Positions 13,801 to 25,600 of a stretch of 64,000 nucleotides of DNA are shown here, piece by piece. Origin of the DNA: Cycas panzhihuaensis (lineage: Eukaryota > Plantae > Cycadophyta); contig CM041465.1 of NCBI GenBank assembly GCA_023213395.1, positions 171,933,741 through 171,997,740 on the forward strand. Reading direction: 5' to 3'. The notes beneath the pieces are model-generated. The model was not told the DNA's origin and did not search any database. It was given only the letters and a program-made list of their open reading frames with translations. Made by a program: the position numbers and the translations under genes. Position 1 is the stretch's first letter; every line of letters starts with the position of its first letter.

Positions 13801-16291
13801 GCATAGAGGAAAAATTGCACTATCATCAAAATGGCTAGGTGTATGCTTAAGGACAAGAATTTAGGCCATGAGTTTTGGGTTGAAGAAATTCACATAGCTA
13901 TTTATTTACTCAATAGGTTCTCCACCAATGCCCTTAGGTGGAAAACTCTAGAAGAAGCTTGGACTAGTTATTCATATTCCTAATCAACAAAGATCAAATT
14001 GGATGATCATAGCGTCAATTGTATTTTTCTTGGCTATAGTAAAACTTCTAAGTCATATAAGCTATATAATCCCAAATCAAGAAAAGCCATGTTAAGCAGG
14101 GATGTTAAGTTCCAAGAAGATACCTACTATCAAGATAATCAAGAAAAGAAAAGGGAGGTTGTAATAAAGTTCAATATATTTTCCAAAACCAAATATATAC
14201 CTCATATGTTTGATTCTAAGAGAAGCATCAATGAACCTAGTGGGGAGGGAACTTCATCTCAACCTCCATCACAAAACCTACCAAAATGGGTTCATCAAAA
14301 TCATAACTTAGACAATATCTTGGATAATAATCAAAGATTGATGTGCTCACATAGGATTAACTTTGCTATAATGAGTAAGGTCTTAGAGACTCATGAGCCT
14401 CAAACCTTTACTGAGGCCAATCAATATGAATATTAGAAAAAATCTATAGAAGATGAATATAACTCCATTATTAAGAATGACACATGGAAGCTAGTTGATT
14501 TACCCCTAAAGAAAAAGGCTATTAATACAAAATGGGTCTATAAGATCAAGTTTTGCTCAAATGGATTCATTGCCAAGTATAAGGCTATATTGGTTGCAAG
14601 GGGATATGCTCAAAAAGAAGGCATAGACTATACTAAAACTTTTTCCCTTATTGCTTGGATGAAATCTATCAAAATGATGATAAGCCTAATAGCCCAAATG
14701 GGTTAGAATGTTTACCAAATAGATGTCAAAAATGCCTTCCTTAATGGCTACATCAAAGAAGATATCTATGTCACTCAACCCTTTAGTTTTAAAATTAGGA
14801 GGAAAGAGAACAAAGTATATAAACTAAGAAAGACACTCTATGGTCTAAAACAAGAACCTGGGGCTTGGTATTCCCGCATAGATAAGTATTTTAGAGATTA
14901 AGGGTTTGAAAAATCTCTATCAAATCCTAACTTATATATCCAAATCAAAGGAAGTTCAATCTTAATTGTAGGTCTTTATGTGAATGACCTTGTATATACT
15001 GGAAATGACTTCCATCTCTTGCATCAATTTAAAGATGCTATGTATAAAGAATTTAAGATGATAGATTTAGGCCTTATGTATTACTTCCTAGGATTGGAAG
15101 TTTGGCAAGATAAGAAGAAAATTTTTATCTCCCAACATAAATATATATTGGACCTACTACAAAATTTCAAAATGACAGGTTATAAACCATTGGCAATCCC
15201 AATGGAAAAAGGAATCAAACTCTCCAAGATAGATGATTCTACTTCAGTTAATCCAACACTCTATAAATAACTTATTGGTAGTTTGATATATTTGACATCT
15301 ACCTGACCAGATATAACACACTCGGTTAGTGTTATATCTAGGTTCATGTAAGATCCAAAGACCTCTCACTAGCAAGTAGCTAAGAGAATCCTTAGATACC
15401 TCAAAGGAACTCTAAATTATGGGCTATACTACAAAGCTTCCCCAAAATTTTAGTTGATTAGCTATACAGATTTAGACTAGGTAAGAGATATTAATGACAG
15501 GAAATCTATAATAGGCTATATATTTAGTATGGGATCAATAACAATAGCATGGAGCACAAATAAGCATAACAAAGTTTCTTTATCCATAGCCAAGGCAGAA
15601 TATAAAGTAGCAGTAGTAGATGTATATGAGTCAGTTTGGTTGAGAAGACTATTACAGGATTTCCAACTTAAACAGTAAGGTCCCACTAGAATTTGGTATA
15701 ATAATCAGAGTACCATCCAAATGGAAAATAATCTAGTCTTCCATGGTAGAATAAAATATATCAAGACTCAACACAATTTTATTCATGAACTAATATAAAT
15801 AGAAGAAATCAAGTTAGCTTATTATAACACTAAAGACAAGACAACAGACATATTTACAAAGGCTTTGGGAAAAGTTAAATTCTAGAAATTTAGAGAAAGT
15901 TTAAGAGTCATTCACATTGGGGATTATAGAGGAGAATGTTGGGATAACCCTTAATGTACACATGGAGTTGTGTAATTAGAACCCCTCAAAGCCACCTTTG
16001 AGGCTCCCTAGGATACCTAGAGCTGTATATTAGCACCTAGAGCCACTAAAAGCTAACGTATCATCCTTAAAGTATGTACTTTATTATTTAATTATATTTT
16101 TAATATTAATTTGAATTATTTTGATTAACATTTAAGTTAGGTTGAGGCACTTACTACCTCCCCAAATTTCTATAAATAGGGTGAGAATACCTCCTTGGTA
16201 TTTTTTTAACACCACAATTGATTTAGAGATTAATGTTAACTCAAGATACACTCACCATTGTAGTCTCACTCTACACCTCTATAACCCTTCA
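7886..16291 (+). mobile_element. Full-length decayed Ty1/copia element, copy 1
   Basis: TSD CTAAT (7881-7885, 16292-16296). LTRs 7886-8241 and 15937-16291, both TG..CA. PBS TGGTATCAGAG at 8244, PPT AGAGGAGAA before 15937. Confidence 0.96.
11741..15930 (+). pseudogene. Copia gag-pol (gag, PR, GAG-pre-integrase, INT, RT, RNase H), interrupted by stops
   Basis: ORF-track fragments FDRNNFLNWSRRM, LWHRRFGHLNY, CIFLGYS, DLGLMYYFLGLEV. Also RSDNGGEF (~13690) and YVND (decayed YVDD, ~14977). INT precedes RT. Confidence 0.95.
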
Positions 16292-17868
16292 CTAATTACC
16301 TAATATAGGTTACATATAAGAAGGTACATCAATCATAACCATAAGGTCTAGAGCCTTTTTTATGAATGGACTTGATTCTCTTTATAATTTAGTAAGTTTT
16401 AAACCCTAGTATCATTGGCCCCCCAAACCCCCCGATGACACTAGTGGGGGGCTAACCCTCCCACAAACCCCCTCCCCCCCTCCAACCCCCCTTCTGCCCA
16501 CCCCACCACCACCCTAACACCCCCCTCCCACGAGGAAAGTTGGTGGAGAAAACCACACTTAAAAAGTTTTAAAATTTTAGCCTCCTTATACATTATTGTC
16601 ATATATCCAACACTTTAATCTTTATTCCTTAAATATATATATTTCTAAATATGGAGTTATTTTTAACCTCTGGATAGTAATAAAAGACTCTCTCAATTGT
16701 TGTTAACAACTCCATTGCAATTTAGCCACTAGCATGTAAGAAGATTACTACACACTAACTACATATGTATATTTTATGACAAAACAAAAAAATGAACTCC
16801 TCCTTGTTGAGAGTAGATATGCTATTTATGTAAGGCGAACAAGCTTGTATGGGCAACTGATCTACTCAGTTTTTCTCTATGAATAGTAGCTTTAAAAGGG
16901 TCTTCAACATGGCATATTTTTACCTCTAAAAATTTATCATTTTTGTCTTTCTTCACATCTTCAAATAACTTCAAAAATACTTTAAAATATGCTTTAAAAA
17001 TAACCTTAAATAACAACTCTAAAATAGCCTTCTAATAGCTTCAAAAATAGATTCTACAATAGCTTCAAAATCTCTAAAATAGACTTTAAATAGCCTTTAA
17101 ATAACTTCATAAAATCGCCCCTTAAAATTACTGAAAATAGTGATAAAACAAGTCTAAATGATAACAAAAAAAACCCCAAAATGTGTATAAAATGCAATAG
17201 AAACTAGCTTTAAAATTTTTTTAAAAATTCCTTCAAATGGGTAAAGAACAAGTTACGAGTTAGGCACAAAACAAGTTCCTTAAATAGCTTGACAAAGCTC
17301 TAAAAAATCTTTAAAAATAGGCTCTAAAATATTACCCTCAAGGATTCAAACATTGGGTTATGATACCATGTTGGAAAAATAACATACTTATGAATATAAA
17401 AGATGAAATGTGATGAGTAAATAATAAAATAATAAAGTATAAAAGAGAGTAAGCATGTACAAGTTAATACAAAGAAATGGAAAAATAGTCAAACCTCAAA
17501 TCAGAAAGAAGAATGATATATATACTTATAGTAAAACTCACCACTTATAATAGAATCCTCATTGGTCAATATTATGGGCTAGCACATATTTTAATGTGGA
17601 ATACAACTTAAGAAGACCTCAAATATAAAATATAAATAAATCTAGAGAGTGTGAATGGGGATAATTATATAATTAGAGATTACACCTAATAATTATCAAA
17701 AAGGATAATGACAAATTTATATATGTATAGCAAAAATATCCTATTTATAAGGGATTAAAAAGTGGTAAGGGTATTATAAAGACCAAAAAGTATGACTTAG
17801 AATTCAAAGTGGCCATGATGTATATAAAATATAGATTTACAATAATTTTTTTGGGTAATAAGTATTTG

Positions 17869-18249
17869 TATTAGGTATCTAACCCCTAACTTACCTTCTC
17901 TTATATTCTCTTATATCTTGTACTTCTTCTCTCTCTTATATCTTCTAATTTTTTTACTTCTTTCCTTTTCTTAATATCCTACATGCATAAGTAGAAGGTT
18001 GTGTAGTGGTCATTGAGCACTATATATATTCATGTAATATCCCACATGCATAAGGAGGAGGTTGTGAGGTGAGCATAGAGCTATATATATATTTATATAA
18101 TCTTTAGAGTAGGGTATCTCAAATATTATTGTTATTACATGTAATTGGGAGGTTACTCCCTTGAAGGATATTGTAATACAAGTGCTCTTTTGGAGTTATT
18201 TGCATGTTATATTGGTGTGCAATTGTTATTAAGGAGTGGTATCCTATCA
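17869..18249. mobile_element. Solo LTR (381 bp) inserted in chromovirus RT
   Basis: TSD ATTTG (17864-17868, 18250-18254). Terminal inverted repeat TATTAGG...CCTATCA. The RT frame rejoins across it. Confidence 0.85.
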
Positions 18250-19216
18250 ATTTGTTAATAATTTAATTAAAGGTCAAGTTTTAAAAATATGGTTACCCCA
18301 TGGATTTCATAAAGCGTATCAACAATCCTAGGTATTAAAAATTTATTTTTAATTGCAGTCTTGTTAAGTTACCTATAGTCCATACATAAGTATAATAGAC
18401 CATCATTTTTTTGTACTAAGATAATTGGAGCTACATAAGGACTCTTTCTAAGATGTTTAGCTCCCATGTCCATAATTTTAGTGGTTATCCTTTCAATCTC
18501 ATTCTTTTAAAAATAGAAGTTTTGATATGGACCTAGGCTAATTAGATTGTGAGGGTGTTTGAGCTTGATTAAATAATAGAATCCATGATTCAAGAAAGTG
18601 GTGATAGAAATAAGTGCAAAAATAAATTAGTATTTTGTGATTAAATTTTAGATATCAGGGTTAGCTCTGACATGTGCTTCAATATTATTGATATAAATTA
18701 TGTATCATACATTGTTATTTAAGTGTTGATGCATTCTACTAGGAGAAATAAGCTTATTAGGGGAAGTCTATATCTTATAGAGTTTATAGTTTTTCCCATG
18801 ATTATCTTTAAATAGTATGAATGGGTTATTTATAGAATGATTTATGTTATATGTACCTGGTGTTTAGAGCTACTAGACCCTAAGGATGGCATCAAACCCA
18901 CCCATAGATATGACATAAAATTCTAAGGTCAGTGTGTATGGGCTTATTTGAATTTATATATTCTTTATTGTACCTACATAATGGAGGGTGAAATGACCAA
19001 GTAGAGAATGAGTAAATCCAACTTTGGGTATAATGTATAGGTTGAGTTGTCAAGCTAAGGATATATCAACAAAGTTTAGTATTGTATCACTATTGATTAT
19101 AAGAGTGATAGGTGCTTGTCTAAGTATTCCTTTAACTTAAAGAAGTTCTAGGCATGATATGAAAGAGATAGATAATAATGATACCTCAAGTTCTTATGGT
19201 AGGAAGGGATCTTAGG

Positions 19217-19840
19217 TATTAGATAATGTGACAATAATATTTTGGAGGCAAAATTTTTTATTAGTTTACAGTGTAATTTTTCCTCTAAACTTCCACAGGG
19301 AGATCCAAAGGGAGTAGGAGCCCCCCTTGGCTGGGGTTTGCGAGGGGAGTCCCCTTACCCCAACCAAAAAAACTAGCACTATAAAACATACTAACTTATA
19401 AAGAGAATCAGGGTCGTTTATTTAAAATACCCTAGATTATATGGTTAAGATTTATGCCTTGTATAACTCTCTCATATAGCCTGATTTAGGGCGTTTTCTT
19501 ATTATGTTGATGGTATTTGATGTATTGTATATATTGTGGTAGCAATGTGGCCAGTTGTTGTTGTTGTGAGCATTCTACTACAGATTATGTATATTTCTCC
19601 ATTTCTGGATAATAAAGATCAATATATTTCCTATGTAGATGTTTTCCTAGCATACTACTAAGGTTTTACCACATTATATCTAGTGTATATGTAATGATTT
19701 AGCTTTCTAATTTATTTATTGTATTACCTCTGGTTTAAGAACTTGCATACTAAATTATAGTTTGAAGTTTTGTAACTAGTTGTAAAATAATTTAGATCTC
19801 GGTGGTAGTTTCTAGTTATTAGGACCTAGTTTTCTCAACA
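19217..19840 (+). mobile_element. Solo LTR (family B, 624 bp)
   Basis: Ends TATTAGA...CTCAACA, TSD TTAGG/TTGGG (one transition). Homologous to the 7552-16612 solo LTR. Confidence 0.82.
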
Positions 19841-21267
19841 TTGGGGTGGTATCTCATCAACATCTTGTTCATGCCCATTGAGGTTGGCATCATAGTCATC
19901 TTCTAAATCAACATTTATAGTGTAAATTATCTTTTTTACTTTATATACTTTATAATGATCAAGGGTCTATTTCTCTAAAAATTTTATACATAAGCTATCT
20001 TTCATCTTTCTATTTACTTTATTTAGAGGAATATGGACTAGATTTAAAGAAGATATAGTTCTGGATAGTTATTTTTGGTCAAACTCTTATGGTTGTGCCC
20101 ATTATTTTATAAACTATGGGTATCAATACTAATCAAAATCCCATTAAAAGTTGGGTTGACATTCTACTGTAAACTCTACCTCTATTACCTTAACTATGGT
20201 TATGGCATCTCTTAGAGTTAGAATGGTAAGTGTCTTCAGGAATATTTAAATACACTCCTTTGGTCTTGATGTGTATACTTCAATGAGTGTTAGGTAGTCA
20301 AGATATTGGGAAACTTTGTTAAGGAATGCTCAAAACTCTTTTGTGTATGTCCTTTACCATCATAGTTTGATTTAGCTGAGTGAGTTGGTTAAAGAAGGAT
20401 TGATTCTAGGTGTCTTCATATAATTCAAAGAAATTCTTATTAAAGAGAACCCATGTTTAAACCGGGTTTTTTTTATGAGATCAATGGAATTAATAGTGAG
20501 TCTTACTTTCTAACTGGATGGAAACAAAGGTTATTTACTTCTTAAGGCCATAGGGTTAAGAGTGATATATGACTCAAGTTTACTGAACTAACTTCTAACT
20601 AAATCCATATTAAGATTAAGATTAAATGTGGGTATATTGATCTTGTGGTACCATGTATTTTGCCTTATATCAATAATATAGGTACTGGTGGAGGTGATCT
20701 ACTTGTTGAGTTCTAGGGAAAAGGTGTATTAGCCATGGCTACTAAAATTGTGATGACCTTTGTAGTGATATATACCAACTATGCTATGAAATTATTGGCG
20801 ATGGATATGAGGTTATTATTGCCATTAGCAATATCTTTACATAAGTCATCTCTTATTTAGATCATATTAATCTTTATGTTGGTGACTTATACTTCAAGTG
20901 CTTGGATCATTTTAGCTTATGTGGGGATTATTATACTTGTATATACTACTATTGTGAATTGTTATGAAGAAGAAAGGAATATAACGAAGAGGGGATAAGG
21001 GGAGAATAATCAGTTAATAGGAAAGGGGATGGGAAAGGAAGAATAAGATCCAAAAGATGGGACTAATGTAGAAGGGTGGGAGGTGAAGGTGGTTATAGCA
21101 TGTTAACCTCCTAGGTACAAATATACATAAGGTAAAAGTTAGATAATAATCCTACTTAATTTGTCTTATTAGAATGACATACATAAGATTATATATGATT
21201 TTTTGTTAAAAAATGGGGTTGATATTGACCTAGCCCAAAATGATCAATGTAATGTGCTGATTAAAAT

Positions 21268-21271
<4 letters not shown>

Positions 21272-21308
<37 letters not shown>

Positions 21309-21338
21309 GTGTGTGTATGTGTGTGTGTGTGAGTGTGT
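21272..21338. repeat. (GT)n microsatellite in chromovirus 5' UTR
   Basis: Imperfect GT run. Confidence 0.95.
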
Positions 21339-22635
21339 ATAGCTAAGTAAAATTTTGGCTTAATACTCTTTCTTTTTTAATTTGGAGTCTACCAGTGCAA
21401 GTTTTTTTAGAATCAAATAAGTATTTCTTGAAGTAGCCTTACAAACCAAGTGTTATTCTTTTCTTTATTTTTTATTCTTTTGGAGGGAAAAATTTAGACT
21501 AAGAGACTAAGTGTGTGGATCAAAAATTGAGTTAAAGGTGTAGACAAGAAGACTTTAGATGTTCTATTATTATTTTTATAATACAAGTCAAGAGTTATCA
21601 TATTATTATATCTATAACATAGGTTGGTGTTATCATTTTGTTGATGTTGCAAGGTCAATGTTCTTTTGTAATTCAAAGGTAAGTTATAACTTCAATTCTT
21701 GTTATATGTTCAGTGGTCCTAATAGATCATGTTTTCTTACAAAAATATAACAGTTTCAAATTATTTTGCAAAAGTATAATAACCTTAATGGATTTGAAAG
21801 TGTAATGATAGTATTTCATATAAAGGGTAATTTACCAAATATGATAGAGATTACTTGATTTTGTAGGCCTTTTAATAAATTTCTCTACCTTTTAATAAAC
21901 TTCTCTATCATTACTTACACTTATACTAATATCTCAAGGTATTGACTATAGAGGATGTTTATACACCTAGCCACAAGAGTCATACAAAGGTGTTTATAGA
22001 GGGTAGCTTTTTGGTGCTAGTTACGATCTAATGTACTATGGAAGATAGGCAATCAATAAATTTTCTACAACTAGGTAAGGCAAGGGGACCTAAAGGGTCC
22101 TTAAATATACCTCAAGGTATGTGGAGGCTTAATTTTATAACTAGGTTCTGTCTAAGGCTTGTGTAAGCAGTGTTATCTACTCCACTTCATGCATGGGTGT
22201 ATACCCATGTGCACTTGGTCCAAAATGATAGATCCATATGATTTTTAAAGAACTTTATTATATGGTCTCTACCTAACAATTAAGGGAAGGGGAGAGAAGA
22301 CTTTTTACCCACTTGTAACTTGTTATAGAAATTTAGAAATAGAAGATAAAAGTAGAACTAGAAAATAAAAATTAATATGAGGGATAGGGTATGCAGAGTT
22401 TCACTATGATAAATAAATAAATAAATCCCCCTTTCCATTATTCTCGCTCCCTCTTCATACTTCATTTACTTCCATAGATGATCTACAACTAAGATTTAAT
22501 ACCACTTAGAGCATAACTTCCTAAGTATCCCTAGCATAATAATATTTGACTACATTAAAGGGTAGAAGATAATGATCTAGAATATTTAATTTTAACACAA
22601 AAGAATAAATAAAATACAGAAATAAACATAAATTC

Positions 22636-25600
22636 TGCTGGGATAACACCCAATGTACATTTATAGATGTACACCTAGGGCCCCTCAAAGCCAACTTTGG
22701 GGCCCCCTCGGGCACCTTGAGCCGCAAATCAGTTACCAGTAGCCACCATATGCCGCCACAATTCTATTAAGGTACACGCTCTTTATTAATTTTATTTTAT
22801 TTTTAATATTAACTTGAAATCATGTGCAAGTCAAGTTGAGGGACTTGTCGTCTCCCTAAATTTATCTATAAAAGGGATGGGAATACCTCCTTAGTGTTTT
22901 TTAAGACTACTCACTATTCATGTGGAAATCTTTAATCAAAAGAGCAAGAATGCACTCACCATTATGAAGTCTCACTCTATACCTCATCCTTCACTTGGTA
23001 TCAGAGTGCTCAATTTTATCAATGGTAATTCTATATTGTATTTTTATTTATTATTCTCTTTTATATTAAAGTTTATACTAAGGTTATTATTTGAATATTT
23101 AATATATTAACATGAGTGACCTCCATTTGATGCATATGTGCTCTATTGGAACATTTAACTCCCATTTTTGTACAACAAAGTTAGTTGTATATAGGATATT
23201 AAAATTTTAGAAAGAAAAAGACTATTTTTTTAAAGTTTTTTCATCACTTTTTAAAAGTTCTCAACTTAGTTTCTAAGATAAATGGGTAACTTAAACTTCA
23301 GAGAAGTCCAGCTCCCACACTAGTGATCGGAACCCTATTAAGCGACTACTCATTTTAATTGTAGTTAAGTTATCTTCATAACAAAAGAATTGGTTCATTA
23401 TTTCATGCACCAAAAGTGGAGATATCCTCCTTAGACTGCCAAGTACTCTCTCTAGTCTCTAAAACCCCACAGTCTCTTTTACTTTTTTTCTCTTTTGGCT
23501 TAATATTTATCATTTTTTTTTTTTTTTCTTGGGAATCTTAGGTGCCCAGACCCTACACCTAGTTTTAGATATCATTAAGCACAATATTATGCTCTTAGTG
23601 TTTGTTTCGTGTCTTGGTTGTCCTCCATTCATATGCCATTTGTGCTTTGATTTTTCATTGTTTTAGTTTATTCTTTCCATAGAACTCTCTATCTACTCTC
23701 TGTGGAGCTACCCTATGAGTAACTATAGATTGTATCTACTCTCTGCATTTACCGTATGACCTTCATTCTCTCTCAGTAACCATGCACTTTTGTCAACATA
23801 TTGCTTGATGATTTATATATATAAATTAAATTTTTTGAAGTATTTCCTCTCCAAATCTCCTTACAGATCGTTGGCACACCTCTATAAACCATTCTCAATT
23901 GATCTTTACTTTATTTTGATCATAGTATTAAATCTAATTCACCTCAGTAGTCCTCTAATGATGTGCAACTTGAGTTTGCTATTTTTCTTTTTTTTTATAT
24001 TAAAAATTATTTTTTAATCTCTTTTTTCTTAATAATTGGATTGTTAGATCTGTTGTAGTCATTTTCTGATCATTCTTTATTAGACTACGATCCATTTTAG
24101 TCATTTTTTTGATCGATCATCGTATCTATTTGTTGAAATTTTACGATGGCATGTTCTATTGTTAAATTTTTTTATTTTTCTAAAGTTTGTAAAAATTAAG
24201 TTATATTGAATAGTATTTTGAAATCTAGGCAAGTTATTTTTTACTTTAGACCCTTTCCTCCATTGACCCTGATCTCATTTGAACTCCATGTAACCATTAG
24301 CCTATATATTAGAGGGGCTAAATCACTTTTTAATATAAAGTTTTATTTATATTTTCTTCAAAAGGGTCACTATCACTTTTTCCACTATATTTTCTCTTTG
24401 GTTTATCTATTTTTAGCAAAATTAGGTCCATTGTGTTCATCTTTTAGAGAGCTTTAGTGTGGACTACTTATTTATCAAATTTGAAACTGTTTTGATTGAG
24501 ATTTAATCACTTGAAGTGACATCTTCATTCAACCTTTATTTTGTTAACTATAAAGAGGTCCTTTCACCTTTTCTACAATAACTCTTGCATGCGAGCTCTA
24601 TTTTCTGAACCGTTAGTTTTGTTGGAAAGCTAATTCATTCCTCTATATGTTGATATAAATTTTTATCTAATTTGAATCCATTTTGTAGGTTTTCAAAGTA
24701 GATGAATTTAAGGTAACTCATTTGACTTAGTTCTTTACTTTTCTACAATATTAAAGAAATTTTTCTAAGTTTCTTTGGCTTAAGATATATTAAATAATCT
24801 CTAATCTATATGTGACATTTTTCACATCATTCTACAAAGATTTAGTCTAAAATTTGTAGCATCTAAGCTCTGTGGCTCTAGTTTAAGCCCTTAAAAGGGT
24901 CCTCTCACTCATTCATTAATATCTTAAGCTCTAGGAGCCTAGTTTTCAAATAGTCAAATTTGTCAAAAAGATTTTTTAATATTCTTCAAATTAGAATAGG
25001 TTTTACTAAAATCTAACATTATTTTATAGGTATTTAAAGTTAGTAATCTTGAGCTTCTTATTTAGCCTTGATAGGCCTAATCTTCTAACTCTTTAAGTAG
25101 TTCATTATTTCAAAAAGGATTATACTTACATTATTGATCATTACTAATCTATTCTTGAAGCTATTATTGACTCTTCCTTGTATTTTTCAAGGTATTTTAT
25201 AGCAAGAAGTTAGTTCTTCAGCACTTAAAGTTATCAACAAACTAAATGGTACTACTTCAACAAATGGGTATAACCTGTGCTACATTTGTTTACTTTCTAC
25301 ATTAGCCATTAAATACTCATTACGTTTTGATATTTTTATCATCTTAAGCAAAGTTTATACTTTAGAATTTTAGGTTTTATATACATCTACTTTATTTTTC
25401 AAAAGGATAATTAGTCATCTCCATTATCTTACATACATTGAGAAAGAAGTTATTTTATTCTATATTAATATAGAAGTCATTTTCCATTTTGCTTTAGCTT
25501 CTTATTACATTTGAAAGTTTCAAGATTAGTTGAAAAAATTCCATTTCTTATCTATCTATTTATCATTAAAAGCAACTAAAGTTTGGTCTTACATTGTTAA

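Larger units (their letters stand above)
7552..16612 (-). mobile_element. Solo LTR (family B, ~650 bp) split by a copia insertion
   Basis: TG..CA ends, TSD CTTTA (7547-7551, 16613-16617). The halves 7552-7885 and 16297-16612 are reverse-complement homologous to 19217-19840. Confidence 0.88.
5308..17691 (-). mobile_element. Non-autonomous LTR element, family C copy 0 (~3.3 kb without its nested insert)
   Basis: TSD ATTAT (5303-5307, 17692-17696). LTRs 5308-5633 and 17369-17691. PBS TGGTATCATAACC adjacent at 17356-17368, PPT TAGGGGAGAAA at ~5634-5644. No gag/pol motifs recognised inside. Confidence 0.9.
17697..20900 (-). pseudogene. Chromovirus gag, protease and RT N-terminus (interrupted by two solo LTRs)
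   Basis: - strand HHGHFEF*VILFGLYN (RT, ~17775-17820), IHGVTIFLKLDL (~18270-18305), TLIINSDTILNFVD (protease, ~19065-19110) and a decayed zinc-knuckle near 19950-20000. The gag start is approximate. Confidence 0.8.
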
